Shown here: positions 1 through 13,592 of the stretch, piece by piece
Position numbering within the stretch: the stretch's first letter is position 1
Layout of the letters: every line of letters starts with the position of its first letter
NCBI GenBank assembly: GCA_951406725.2
Contig: OX597825.1
Coordinates: 1,302,001-1,366,000, forward strand
Source: Octopus vulgaris
Taxonomy: Eukaryota
Length of the DNA stretch: 64,000 bases
Direction: 5' to 3'
Position numbers and translations under genes: made by a program
The notes under the pieces: model-generated
Database searches by the model: none
Told to the model about the DNA's origin: nothing
The model's input: the letters and a program-made list of their open reading frames with translations, nothing else

Positions 1-183
1 AAGGACAAACGGATTAAGTCAATTATATCGACTCCAGTGTGTAACTGGTACTTATTTAATCGACCCCGAAAGGATGAAAGGCAATGTCGACCTCGGCAGA
101 ATTTGAACTCAGAACATAGCGGCAGATGAAATACCGCTAAGCATTTTGCCTGGTGTGCTAACGTTTCTGCCAGCTCGCCGCCT
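1..183 (-). mobile_element. SINE with Deu/Nin-like central domain, truncated by the window edge
   Basis: Minus strand reads AGGCGGCGAGCTGGCAGAAACGTTAGC...GAGTTCAAATTCTGCCGAGGTCGAC.TTGCCTTTCATCCTTTCGGGGTCGATTAAATAAGTACCAG. Near-identical copies lie at 39036-39259 and 61501-61734. The GCCTTTCATCCTTTCGGGGTCGAT..AATAAGTACC block resembles the Deu/Nin SINE domain (family label is inference). Confidence 0.8.
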
Positions 184-232
184 TAAATACCATTCCTCTC
201 AATACCTATCCCTCAATACCATTCCTCTCAGC

Positions 233-620
233 TGAAAGGCCTTGTTCTGCAAATTGCTGCTGTTGGTGCCGTGTAAAAAGCACCCTGTACACTCTGTAAA
301 GTGGTTGGCATTATGAAGAGTATCTGGGTGTAGAAAGCATGCCTAAATAGACAGAAGAGCTTGGCTTAGTCTTTTGATCTGCCTATTCCTGTCAAAGTCT
401 CCAACCCATGTCAGACTGGAAAATGAACATTAAATGATGATGATGAGGAGGAGGAGGGGAATAGCAGTGATTCCTCCTACCACCAACATATCACTTCAAC
501 ATAATATTCGGAGTGGTTGGTGTTAGGAAGGGCATCCAGCTGTAGAAACATTGCCAGATAAGACTGGAGCCTGGTGCAGCCTTCTGGCTTCCCAGATCCC
601 CGGATGAACCGTATGATGAC
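233..620 (+). mobile_element. Two degenerate RTE-LINE 3' UTR fragments
   Basis: Contains GTGGTTGG..TTAGGAAGGGCATCCAGCTGTAGAAAC and CCAACCCATG...TTAAATGATGATGATG, matching the tail that follows the RTE ORF end at 13590-14336. Confidence 0.75.
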
Positions 621-854
621 TGTTTCTATGTTGTTTAGTTCTCAGCAGCCCTAATTGAGCCCATCTTTGATCAAAGGGTTCTGCTCGTGGACGTGAAATC
701 TCTGTTTTGTTTTCTTTTCTTTTCAAGCTGAGTCAACCTCAGGCTTAATTATTCTCGGGTATCCTTTATTAAGCCAGTAGGGTATGGTTTGCAGGTGATC
801 AAGCTGTTATTTCCAGAAGGCCTAGCAACAACATATAGGTTTCCTTGTGAAATT

Positions 855-1210
855 ATCTTTTATCTTTTACTTGTTTCACTCGGTGGACTGTGACCATGCT
901 GGGGCACCATCTTGAAGGGTTTATTCAAGCAGAAGTGTTCAGTCAATCAACCTCACCACTTTTTTCTGAAGCCTACAACTATTGGTCTCTTTTGTCAAAC
1001 TATGTTACACTGGTTGCCAAATGGTGTTGGGGACACAACACAAAGGCACACATGCACACACACTCACATGATGGGCTTCTTTCAGTTTCAATTCATCAAA
1101 TCCACTCATAAGGCTTTATGGCTATGGCAGGAGATACCTGCTCAAGGTGGCTGAATCTCAAACTACAAAGCTGGGAGACAAGCTTCTTACACATTGTAGT
1201 CACACCTATA
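855..1210 (-). mobile_element. tRNA-derived CORE-type SINE, diverged
   Basis: Reverse complement aligns with the + copies at 23532 and 27247 (head, GTGAGTGGATTTG..GAAACTGAAAGAAGCCC, tail TGCCCCAGCATGG.CACAGTC...GAAACAAGTA). Confidence 0.7.
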
Positions 1211-3435
1211 TTTCTATCCTGGATTTTGTTAGACAGAGTTGCTTCATTTGACACAGGGCCTTTAGACAGTTCACTGAATTAAAGCAATGAAGATTTATGA
1301 ATAAGAACATGTTACATTAAAGGATATTACACAGCATTTAAATCTCTTCTTCCTATCTACTTGTTGCTGTTCTGACCCAGCTTGGCACTGATTGACCACA
1401 ACTATGACTGAAGGCATATCACCAATGCCCATTTTGTCTGTTTGTACATCGGTGACTGCATCACTGAATGGGCACTTTATTCAGGATGGTAAAGTATGAC
1501 ATAGGGGAGATTTGGCTACTATTTCTAACTTGCTGGGCATTTGAGTAGATATTTTATCTCAGCTTCTTTTTATATTGTTTATTTTTAGCAAAGATGTTTA
1601 AAGAATATGTAGTATTTGCAAGTAGAGAGAGCTTTCGTCACTAGCTGGTGGTTGGATGGATGGATAACAGCCAGAAACCTAGGTCTGTGAGTATCACGTA
1701 AGTCTAGAGATGGGAGTGATGACCTCCTTTGCAAATGCTATATAGGGACACAAGCTGTGTGTCGATGGCCAGCTGGAAAAGATGTTTTCCTGGGGCTAAA
1801 ACAACAGTAACATTATTCTTTAGAGGACTGCCATATTGTTGGCATAGAAACACAAATAAAAATTATATTTGCTAAAATGTAAAATATTGCACAGTCCAAA
1901 TTAATATGTTTTAACAGATTTTTAATTTGATTTAAAGTTATGATTGCTTTTGTTTTAATTTAATGCCACCTTCTTGATAATTTAGTTAGTATCAGTTCTG
2001 AAGAGTCTTTTGGAAATGGTTAACTGTAATATTTTTGATGCCTTAGCCACAGTCTTATAGGAACTCTCTGCTTTCTAAATAACTTTTAATATCATCAACC
2101 CTGACATTTATTCAAAACACAAAACAACATATTCTGCTTCAATCCTCTCTTGGTAGCTTAATTCCTTGATATTTTCGAGACTCATATGTTGTACACACTT
2201 GGCAATTTGCATATATCTAACGTCTCAAGATTTACCTATTTACCAATATTCTATTTGTTTCGCTTTGTCATTCCTATTGCCTACTCTGTTATCTAGGCTT
2301 GAATAATGATAAATTCTTAGGATTAAGATACAGACTCTTTAAATGTATTTACGTATTTATTTTCAGAAATTAGTCTTTTTTCCCCAAATCTCCAATTACA
2401 AAGAATTATAGAAAAAACCGGTCTCATTAATCTCTTCCAATGATAAACAGTAAAGTTTAGCTTTCAAAGCTGGAATTACATAAATACCTCAAAATACATT
2501 TTTGTAATATTTTAGTGTTGTAGTTGTTTATTTTGTTTATAAAATTTTTGTTACTCCAGACTAACAAAAAATCTATACTTCGTGAATACTGCAGCAGTTT
2601 GCACAAATTATAAATGCAGCGGGCTTTTCTACAATACCAGCTTTCACTACTTTTACAAATTCTGCCAAAATCTCTGAGTTCTCCCAGAACTGTGGAAAAC
2701 TGCCAGTGTTATTCCCCTTTTCAAAATGGATGTCTGCACATCACATGTCAATTACTGTTCAGTCAGTCTTGCTAGCGATAACACCAAATTTATGGAGTCC
2801 TGGTTCAGAGAGGTTACTCTGGAACTCTCATAACATTCAACTTTTACACTTTGGATTTATTTCTAACTACTACTGCTGCTGCTGCTGGGGCCAACTCATT
2901 GAATTTCTTGAAGATATCACTTGAATTACAGATTTGTAGTTCTCAGGTGGATAATATCTATTGTAACTTCATCAATGTCTTTAACTCTTAATTCTATGCT
3001 ATATACAATTGCTTTTGTTTAGCCTCTGGTCACTTTCATTGAACAGATGGGCAAAGGCATTCCAGCCGGGCCTGTCCTGGTTTTTAGGGGTGTCAAGGAC
3101 CACATTATATAATGTGTACTTTTTTTTATATGATGCTAAAGTATTGATTTCAGGAAAATTTGGCTACTATTTCTAGTGTATGCAGATCAAGAGCTATGAA
3201 AATGTGCAATTTATAATTTTCAGCCCATGAGAGAGTCTCTACACAGAATCCATTCTGTCAGTGACAAAAAGTTGCTACACATTTAAGTCTTCGACCAATC
3301 AGAGGCTTCCACAATTAACTATTCAATTATTAATATTTTCCGAATAATTTGTTCAATGTGACATGTTCTTATTCGACTGTCAGGATATCAGCCTCATCAC
3401 CAACACCATTATTATCATTATCATTGGTCAACAAA

Positions 3436-3875
3436 GGAGTTGTTTTATGTGGTTGTTTGATCTGCTAGAAATAATATCTAGGTCTCATTTGAAAGAAAAT
3501 ATATTTTTACATTGTAATACTATATATACAGAGACATGATGGTCATGGTTAGAACACTTTTGATCACAAATCTGCTCCATCTGGTTGACATGGAGCAAAA
3601 GCAAAATAATGCTCTCTGCATCATAACATCCAACTCTTCTACCATCCTACCTACATAGTCAATAAGGAAGCCTCCTCATGGTAGCTGACTTGCTGAAAAT
3701 AGTGACTCAAATCTCCTTAAATTTCTTAAGTGTTTCAACATCTTAAAAAATAGGTAAAACACACAGAATAATATTGTCCTGAAATATATATTATCTGAAA
3801 ATAGGATAGGATAGCCATGCTTGGAATACTTTAAACATAGGCTCACTTAATCCAAAGTGATGTAGGCTAAACTAC
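3436..3875 (+). repeat. Two tandem copies of an old ~200-bp dispersed repeat ending CTGGGGCTAAACAAC (probable SINE/LINE tail)
   Basis: Recurrent motifs CTGCTAGAAATAGCAGCCAAATCTC, GGACACATTGGATAATGTAGTC, GGATGGTCATGGCTGGAATGCCTTTGATC and CTGGGGCTAAACAAC. Further copies near 655, 1365, 3015, 12420, 19260, 19630, 22290, 32620, 33575, 34805, 36895, 45795, 46700, 47685, 52135, 53095, 53870 and 63130, in both orientations. Confidence 0.7.
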
Positions 3876-6394
3876 AGCAGAAATCACCAACATATTTAAA
3901 CCAAAACTGCACAAAATAAGAAAATAGCAGAATGTAACAATGGTGGCTATACATTTATTTCAACTGCACAACTGTCTACCGACAATCACGGACAATGCAC
4001 GTTCAGAACAGGTCTTAACAATAGAAAATTATTGTCTTCTGTAATGATCTGAGACAGAAAAAAAACAAAAAAAAATAATTCAATAATAATGATAATACTA
4101 ATATCTCATGTCAAAATAATTACAAATTTTGGAAATCCAAATTCTGTAGTGGTGGTGGTGGTGGTGGTGATAATGTGTAACCAATGCCGAATCCTGAGAA
4201 TACAGTTATTGAACATGGACTAAATCTAACTACCTGCCAACAACCAGAAATTATCATCGAAGATACCAAACAAGTTGGTAATTTAATCTAGAGTTAATAT
4301 TACCAACGTTAACATGCTAAATTCAACCAGGGAACATGAACCAATGAAGAAGTCACTACAAGACCATTCTGTTTGCTAGAAACAGCATCGGAATCTTTTT
4401 CAAGCCATACCTAATGACTATAACAGAGAATGGTAAGGAAAATATAGTCTGGAGTTCTTTATTTCAGGAGAAAAACAAAAATGAAAATGAAAACTGGATG
4501 GCAGCAACCGCAACCAGAGTGGAAGCAGGCAAATAGGAGTTGGTCGAAGTGCAACATAGGTTGTTTCTGTGAAACACAGAGGTTGTTTGGGGCGAATGAG
4601 ATTATTATTGATAATGCAGCTATTTTTGTGTTGTTAGAATTGCACAGCATGGTCCTTCCTCCTCTACACAAATTTGTGGTGTATCTAGAACAATGGATCT
4701 ATTGATTACACAGTCATTCAACTGACTACATATGTGTGCCATAAATCTACTTGATTAGAGCTAACCTGTGGTCTAAACAACAAAACCAGAGACAGCAATT
4801 CCAAAGCCAAAATAAAAGGAAAAAATAAAGTAAAAAAACTTTTCTTTATCATCTTAATGAATCAATTGTTCCTGAGTATTTCATGATATCTACAAAGATT
4901 CTTCTGTCTTCCGATTTTATTTATGCAAATAAAGTGAATTATGGTGATGAGAGAGGAATCCGTCTACGGGTGATTAAGCCTATTGAACTTGGGGTCAGTC
5001 AGTGACATCAGCCCTGATCCTGGACTGGTTGTTATTTTACAATTTTAACTCAGAACATAAATGGCCAAAGCTAAATATGGCAAATGCTTGTTTTGATATT
5101 TTCTTAATGTTTAAAATGGATTTTGCCAAACCATCCCACTGCTTATCTCATATTAGTTAATAATGCTTAACTAACATCAATTAAAGAGTACAGTAAATTA
5201 ATGCTCAATCAAAACATTGAATATTCTTGTCAATTTAATTTCTCACGACAAAATAATACATTCCATTTTGTCAACACACATCAATATTAGTTCTCTTGGA
5301 TTTACCTTGTCTGTGACTTAATGATCCATGAAAAATGAATCCCTTGGTGCTTGTTAATTCAATGATAAGTCAGATCTTCTTACAAAAGATGTATAGTATA
5401 TTTACTTATGGAGCATATTTACCAGAAAATCATTAAATGCAAGAGAAATAGATAACTTGAAAGTGTGATAATTAAAGGTGTCAGGTGGAAATAGAACCAG
5501 AATGGGAAAGAAAAAGAAACAATGAGAAGTTTTTGAAAACAAAACAAAGAAAAACCTCATGCAGTAGAATTCAGAAAGAAGAGGAAACAAAAGCAATTAC
5601 AGAACAGAATGATGGATATCAAGTAAAATACAATTCACAGACTTCACTAGCCACTTGTTAGTAGTGTACAGAATATTGGAAATATTATTGGTTACTATAC
5701 TATTTAATAGGAGTGTGTGTGTGTGTATATATATATACTCTCATACATACACAAACACATTATATATTACATATTTATACATACATAATACACAAACACA
5801 CACATATATACGCTAAGAAAAGAAGAGCCTTTTAGTCACATAGGATGTAGGTGAGAGTTAAGTTCAGTGAGAAACTCAGTGACCAGGCTGGAGCGCATCA
5901 GAAACCCTTTCTTGACCTACCCCCCCCCCCGCTTTTTTATTATAATCCTCCAGGCCATAACTGGAGTTTAAGACCTGCAGTTCAAAGGACTCTTAGATGC
6001 TGTGATAAGCTAAATCAAAGATTTAGAGAGGAAATTCCTAATTTGGAAGTAAAATTTAAAATTAAGAGGCTTTAAAGATTGAAGAACGAAGACAAGTCTC
6101 TGTCAGGAAAGTGATGTCTGCATTGTAAACGACGGATGCATAAGAGGCTGACATATGAAGGTAGACCTAATGGGTGGTGGGCATACAGGAGTATACATAA
6201 AAGAGGCAGAATATTTGGGGCTGATATGGTCGGTTTAAATGCAAAAGGGTTCAATGCTTATATGGGCATAAAGAAGTTTTCTTCCTAACCACTGTGTGGT
6301 ACCTTTGGCATGTGATTTCTTTTGCACTCCTAAACCAATCAAAAGCCTTGTACGTTGATATGGTAGACATAAAGTGAAAGAAACCCATTGTGAA

Positions 6395-6428
<34 letters not shown>

Positions 6429-7515
6429 TGTGTGTGTGTGTGTAATTTGATGTACACAGTATAAAAATATGAGTTACTGATAGATTTATGCATTGAAGAT
6501 GTGAGTCTATGCAGGTTTTTATAACATGTCTTGTGTCTCCAAGCAAGCTTCAGGCTCTGAGCAAATGAGCTATTCAATTTAGAAATCAAGATACAGGAAC
6601 AAGAGAAATCACAAGAAAAAAAAACATGATGAAAGTAGATGCAAAAGGTGGAATGGTGAAAATTAAAATGGAAAAAGAAAGGGAAGGAAAAGAAAATAAG
6701 AAAATTAGAGTTATGTTGCCTTTGACTGTAAAATCATAATAAAACTGGTTGTAGAATAATTTAATGGAGAAGGGGCCGAAGTATGTGAGACAATTGATCA
6801 ATCCAGAGAGGTTGGTGTCCTCCAGTTCACCAAAAGAAATGTTTGGAATTCAGGAATGCAGTTGAATTCTTAGATCTAAAAAGAATATGTGATCTTTCAG
6901 TTGCATTTCTTAGATCCATTGACTTATTTTGGCATGGATTTCTCTACAATTTTCCACTTGATTGTATCTGGTATGGAGTTGGTCTTCAAAACACAGATGT
7001 GGCTGGCCAACCTCAGGGCTTTACTTTTATCTATGAAGATAGGTGGTTTGCATAACATTTTTTGAAATCAGTTTTGCATTACCCAATGTAATTCTTCTTT
7101 TTGGTTGTAAATTGAATAGCCTACATGCTCTGGGCCCACAAATTTCTTGGAACTATTAGTAGCTCAAATCTTTATTTTGTGTACATTAAAAGATATTTAT
7201 CTCTCACTGAAGGGAGTGTCTTTTTTTTTGTTGATTCTATCCTGATGAAGGAGTAACACACACACACACACATGTATGTATATATCTCCTTGTTTTGATA
7301 TTGTACAGTAGTTGTAAATGAGTTTCACCATCATACAAGAGGTGTTATTCACTTCCTATCTTCCGTAGAAACAGAAAAAAAAACAAACATTTGCAAACAA
7401 ACAAGGATTACGGCCATGGACACCCAACCTTAGAAAACTCTGCCTCAACAAATTCTGTCTGACCCATACAAGCATGGAAAAGTAGACGTTAAACAATTGT
7501 GACAGATGTGACCTC

Positions 7516-7710
7516 GTGTGTACCGTTGGCGATTTTTTTCCCTCTGTCTTCCCCTCTCTGGATCTTTCCTTCTCCTATGTTTCCAACGAAGAGCTCCGCT
7601 CGAAACATTAAACCCTCCTTCTTTCCTTCTTTCCTGTTGTCCAATAATACTATATTTGTTCCACATCCTCACGTTGTTGTGTTTTTTTGTGCTTTCTTGT
7701 TTGGATTAAC
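7516..7710 (+). mobile_element. Short non-autonomous Penelope-like element with a decayed minimal hammerhead motif
   Basis: TTT-CCAACGA-A-GAGC-TCC-GCTC-GAAA-CAT-TA-AA at 7580-7612 (core decayed from CTGACGA). The element abuts (TA)n. Confidence 0.5.
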
Positions 7711-7762
7711 TATATATATATATATATATATATACATATATATGTATATGTATGTATGTATA

Positions 7763-7868
7763 TAGGTGCAGGTGTGGCTGTGTGATGAAAAGCTTGCTTT
7801 CCAACCACATGGTTCTGGGTTCAGTCCCCACTGCATGGCACCTTGGGCAAGTGTCTTTTGCTATAGCC

Positions 7869-7870
<2 letters not shown>
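7763..7870 (+). mobile_element. 5' part of tRNA-derived CORE-type SINE
   Basis: GGTGCAGGTGTGGCTGTGTGA (A box), GGTTCAGTCCC (B box), GGCACCTTGGGCAAGTGTCTT (CORE-like). Confidence 0.75.
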
Positions 7871-7906
<36 letters not shown>

Positions 7907-8958
7907 CATGTGTGTTTGTATGTTTGTGTGTGAGAGTTTGTGTATGTGTATATATATATGTGTGTTCTTCCATCCGTGTAGCTGGTTCCTCAGATAAAGT
8001 CAGCGTTAGGTCAGGTGTTGTTCACTACAAAACTGGATACATGCTTTGGTAATTCAAGAGTAACAAGTCACTCAGCAGGCCCAAATAAACCATTGCACAC
8101 TATATCTGTATTGAGTATTTCTACTGATCAATACTTAGCTACAGATAATGTGTGTGTGTGTGGGGGGGTGATTTACTCGATATAGTGGAAATAGAAAATT
8201 CCAGTAGTGACCCAACTCATCTTTGAATAAATCATTTATATTTAAATGCACACGCACACACACAATTGCATATACACTCATGCACACAGTGTATATGTGT
8301 GTGTGTGTATATATATACATATTCAGTTGTATTTGGAAATGTTTCATTTCTCTGCCAGTCTGTAAATCATAATTCATAATTTCACGGCAGACAGGCATTT
8401 TCTTGGCATCTAATTGTTTTCCATTTCCAAACCAATACTTACTTCTTTTCTTTTCTTTTCTTTTTAGTACTCATTCTTATCTAGAAAAACAATTCCACGA
8501 AATATTCAAATATGTCCCCATATTGAATTTTTAAGTTACTTTTTCAGAGATTTCTCAATCGTGTTATGAAGTCACCCGCTCATTTATGTATATATATATG
8601 TAAGTATATTTCTGGAGTTTCCCTAGTCTAGCAAGTGATTGACCTGAGATCATGTGTTAGAACTAAAAAAATTCCATCATGGTAGAGTAAATGGAGCTAA
8701 TGAAACATACACGTCCACCGTAAAGACACTTTAAATATATTACTTTTGTAAAGTGTGTGTGTGTGTGCGTATGTGTGTGTGTATGTGTGTGTTTATATTT
8801 GTATGAATATATATTGTAATCAATCACATTGATTCAGGCTCAGTCTCACACCTTGGGTTAGTATCTTCTACAATAGGCCCAGGTTGATCAAAACTTCACA
8901 AGTGGATTTGGTAGATAGAAACTGAAAGAAGCTCATCATATATGTATATATGAGTGTA

Positions 8959-9152
8959 GGGAGAGTTTACGAAAAAAAAACAAAAGACGAAGACAGGTGT
9001 TGTACAAAACAAACAGATGTTTAAGTATAACGCTCAGGAATAGAAAAAGTATTTTACGTTTTGAGCCTATGCTCTTCTACAGAAAGGGACACAGAAAAAA
9101 CGAGGAGAGAAAAAAAATTGTGTAGTGGCTAATGATCTATCATGGCGACTGA
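8959..9152 (-). mobile_element. Short Penelope-like element with hammerhead-like motif (same family as 46143-46344)
   Basis: The reverse complement matches 46143-46344 along its length. Motif TTT-CTGTAGA-A-GAGC-ATAG-GCTC-AAAA-CG-TA-AAA at 9085-9052. Confidence 0.6.
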
Positions 9153-10201
9153 TATTCACTTGAGTGTATATGCATATGTATGTAAAAGTGTGTGTGTGTT
9201 ACTGTTTTCATGCTTTGACATCATGCAATTGTTTTAAGTGAATGTCACTATTATGCAACTGGTGTCATTCATTTTCAGTTTTTTTTTTTAAAGATGTTTG
9301 GTTGTTGGGAAATATCATCTTATTTCTAAACAGGTGAGAGTTGCTGACAGGAAAGGCATCCCACCACAGAATCATCAAACACAGTAAATTATGTCCAACC
9401 CATGCAAGCATGGAAAAGTGAATGATAAAATGGTGAGGATGATCGTGGGGTGGAAGAAGAACCATTTTATAACTTCTTTCCATGCTGCCATGGGCTATAT
9501 GGGTAATCACTGTCTAAAATGGTTAACTGGAGTTACTGCTTTCCTGGATGGGTCACAGAATCATATCTTACTCCAGTATTTCCTTTTTGGTGTAGTTTCT
9601 ATCACTGAATGCCCCTATTTAACACAATCCACTTGATAGAGTGTAATGGGTGCATTTTAGAGAAGCACCAGCACTAGAGATGTTGCCTTGTCCTCAGCAG
9701 TTCAAAATAGTCTTCTTTATGTTGTTTCTGTCCACTCGTGGCAGGATTACTGACATGGTGAACAGAAGAATGAGAGAGGAAGGAAAGAGAACTGGGCTGA
9801 GGTGAGTATGTGTGAGTACATTGACTTTTTTCTAAGCATAAGTCATTAAATATGCACAAGTTTGTTAAGCCTTGATTAAAACTTTTTTTTATATTAATAA
9901 GTAGAAAATCAAGATGTGGAAATTAATACTGCAAAGTATCAGAGTATTGCATTTACAGCAACAGAAGATATCAAGAAAAATCAATTATATCTGGGAGAAA
10001 ACTAATGAATAAGAAAGATTACAATTGAAGGTATTTGGCAAGGTTTGATCCCATGATCTATTTAAGTTGTGTAAGTTCATTGCTGTAATCTCTTGTCAAT
10101 GGTATATCATGAGAGATCATGTGATTGAGTTAAGGATAAGAGATAGGAATGGGTGGGTCTTGGTGCTGGTATACATAAATGGATAGACAGGTGAGTAAAT
10201 A

Positions 10202-10242
<41 letters not shown>

Positions 10243-10952
10243 AAAGAAAGGAATAAAGAGATATAGACAGGGATATGGAAGTAAATGGAAACATAAACAA
10301 ATGAAAAAAAATATCTTTCTATCTGTTGGTAGATAGACTTATCTATATTTGTACAGGCAGAAGACAAACAGACAGAGAGACATAGAGAGAGAGATGGATA
10401 GATATTCTATTTGATGGTCATTACAAAAACATATCAAACAAAAGTAGATTTTTCCTAGAAAATGGTATACAATATTGAACAGAAATTTGAATGTCTTCAC
10501 GATTTTTAATAAAACAAACTTTTATTGTTTTTTCTATTCACTCATAATATTTCAATCTTGGAAACCTTTTTCATATAACTCTGTGGAAAGCAAAAAAATA
10601 TAGAACACTAAAAGATTAAAACTGCCGGCTGTCAAGGTAGAGCTGAACGAATTCAAACTGATTGTGATGTATTGAGATTTCTACCCGTCTGCTGTCAGGT
10701 TTTTTTGTTCCACTGTATTATTTGATAAAGGTGTCTAAAGATCGAAATATGATGAAGAAAGAAAATATAACAACACTTTCGTTTTAATAAAAAGCGCATT
10801 GTCATGGCGTTGAAATTTCTGTTCAATTTCATACATCCCAATACTTGAAGAATTTCTCACAAACCAATTTAAAAACTACTTTGCATCTAGCTGGGATGAA
10901 AGAGAGAAGAAATTTTCAAGGATTCACTTGGCTGGCTGTTATTAGCATATCT

Positions 10953-10957
10953 GAGAA

Positions 10958-10992
<35 letters not shown>

Positions 10993-11836
10993 AGAAGAAG
11001 AAGAAGAAGAGAAGAAGAAGAAGAAGAAGAAGAAGAAGAAGAAGAAGGAGAAGAAGAAGAAGGAGAAGAAGGAGAAGAAGAAGAAGAAGGAGAAGAAGGA
11101 GAAGGAGAAGAAGGAGAAGAAGGAGAAGAAGGAGAAGGAGAAGAAGAAGGAGAAGAAGACGAAGAAGGAGAAGGAGAAGGAGAAGAAGAAGAAGGAGAAG
11201 AAGAAGAAGAAGAAGAAGGAGAAGGAGAAGAAGAAGGAGAAGGAGAAGAAGAAGGAGAAGGAGAAGTGAAGAAGGAGAAGAAGAAGAAGAAGAAGGAGAA
11301 GGAGAAGAAGAAGGAGAAGGAGAAGAAGAAGGAGAAGGAGAAAGTGAAGAAGGAGAAGAAGAAGAAGAAGAAGGAGAAGAAGAAGAAGAAGGAGAAGGAG
11401 AAGAAGAAGGAGAAGAAGAAGAAGAAGAAGAAGAAGAAGAAGAAGAAGAAGGAGAAGAAGAAGAAGGAGAAGAAGGAGAAGGAGAAGAAGAAGAAGAAGG
11501 AGAAGAAGAAGAAGAAGAAGGAGAAGGAGAAGAAGAAGAAGAAGGAGAAGAAGAAGAAGAAGAAGGAGAAGAAGAAGAAGAAGAAGGAGAAGAAGAAGAA
11601 GAAGAAGAAGGAGAAGAAGGAGAAGAAGAAGAAGAAGGAGAAGAAGAAGAAGAAGAAGAAGGAGAAGAAGAAGAAGAAGAAGAAGAAGAAGAAGAAGAAG
11701 AAGAAGAAGAAGAAGAAGAAGAAGAAGGAGAAGAAGAAGGAGAAGAAGAAGAAGAAGAAGGAGAGGAGAAGAAGAGAAGAAGAAGAAGAAGGAGAAGAAG
11801 AAGGAGAAGAAGAAGAAGAAGAATGAAGAAGAAGAA
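10953..11836. repeat. ~880-bp (GAA)n/(GGA) polypurine microsatellite
   Basis: GAA units interspersed with GGA. Only four pyrimidines seen (11160, 11267, 11345, 11824). It explains the poly-K/R/E and poly-L/F ORFs. Confidence 0.97.
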
Positions 11837-12859
11837 TAATTTGAAAACAAGGAATTGTCCCTAGCTCTCACTACTAACTTTTATTACAAAGTTGTACAAG
11901 TATGGTTGTTGCTTGTGTGTTTCACCAAAACAGTAGATTGTGTTTAACGAATTGCTGGTACATCAAACTGGCCAGAATCACTGGATATCTTTGCAATTCA
12001 AACACATTTATGTCTACCTCAACAGCTGGGGATTTAATTCTTTGAACCACCCACTCTGGCCCTTTTTCGTTTATGTTATTTTTGTTAGTCCATAGAATTT
12101 AACTCTTCAAATGAAAACACGAAAGCAAAAATGTCTTTGTTTCATTAGAAAAGCCATTGTTATGGCATTCAGATTTCTCTATGATTTGCAATGATACGAG
12201 AACATCTTAGAAGCCAATTTCAAAAAAAGCACAAAATATATTAGTGTGTATAATTGATTGGAAAAAATAAAGAAGAATAGTTTCGAAGTAAGCTGGGAAT
12301 ATGTTGTAGAGAAATAGAGAATGATTGTAATACTTACAGAATACAAAATAGATAATGGTTTGAAATTAGGCTGTCTTTGGAAACTTTCTCAAATTAAAGA
12401 AATGAACAGAAGAGGAAGCTGTTATGTGGTTGCTCAACTTGCTAGAAACAGCAGCCAAATATCCATCAATTCAAATGTTTCAAAAAAGTAAGAAAACATT
12501 GGATAATATAGTCTAAAATATATTGAAGTTTATCTGCACTTGGTCAAACTATTAAAAATGGCAACTAAATCGATCTCAAACTGCACATTATTATCTTTAA
12601 ACCAAAAGGACACATTGGATGATATTACTCTGTGATAAACTGTGCTGGAATTAAAATGGTGTAGTCAGAGCTGCAACCCCTTTAATCAGAAACTGCTCAG
12701 TTATGGCTGATCTGGGGCTAAGCAATACATGCATCAACAAAGATGTCACAACATGGTCATTCAACCTGCTAAAAATAGCAACCAAATCCTAACTTAAAAT
12801 TTTAAATAAAAAGGAAAAGTCACACCAGACGATGTGGTCTAAAAGTTCTTCAAGTGGTT

Positions 12860-13592
12860 CATGGCAGTGAAACATGGGCTTTTACTGTGGAGGACATGCG
12901 TAGTCTCGAAAGAAATGAAGCTAGCATGATCTGCTGGATGTGTAATATCAATGTGCACAGATGGTAGAGTGCAAGCACCCTGAGAGAAATGCTGGACATA
13001 AGAAGCATCGGATGTGGTGTGCAAGAGTGACGTTTGCACTGGTATGGTCATGTACTATGGATGGATGAAGAGAGATGTGTGAAGAAGTGCCACTCCCAAA
13101 CAGTTGAAGGAATCCAGAGTAGAGGTAGTCCCAAAAAGACATGGGATGAGGTGGTCAAGCATGACCTTCGAATGTTGGGCCTCACAAAGGCTATGCCGAA
13201 AGACCGAGACCTCTGGAGATATGCCGTGACTGCAAAGACCTGACAAATGAAGTGAGTTCATGGCTCACAGGATGGCCTGCTGTGCTAACTTTGCATTGTA
13301 GGGTGACCCGCTATGCTTGAGGAGACCTATTGAGTCAATTACATCAACATCAAAATAAAAATCAAATGGAAATTGTAGTTGTGATACCCGTGCCGGTGGC
13401 ATGAAAAAGCACCATCCAAACGTGGCCAATGCCAGCGCCGCCTGACTGACAACCATGTCAGTGACACGTAAAAAGCACCAACTGATAATGGCTGTTTGCC
13501 AGCTTCCTCTGGGCCCTGTGCTGGTGGCACATAATAAGCACTCACTACACTCATAGAGTGGTTGGCGTTAGGAAGGGCATCCAGCTGTAGAA
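12860..13592 (+). mobile_element. 5'-truncated RTE-clade LINE (ORF C-terminus plus 3' UTR lacking the final tail)
   Basis: Translates (with disruptions) to HGSETW...LHWYGHVLWMDEERCVKK...RGSPKKTWDEVVKHDLRMLGLT...DRDLWRYAV*, the typical RTE post-RT region. The UTR has tandem ~60-70 bp units. Confidence 0.9.

Noticed and set aside
10845-11871. Long ORFs of 339, 309 and 186 aa (poly-K/R/E, poly-L/F)
   Set aside because: Translations of the stop-free GAA/GGA microsatellite; no domain or splice evidence.
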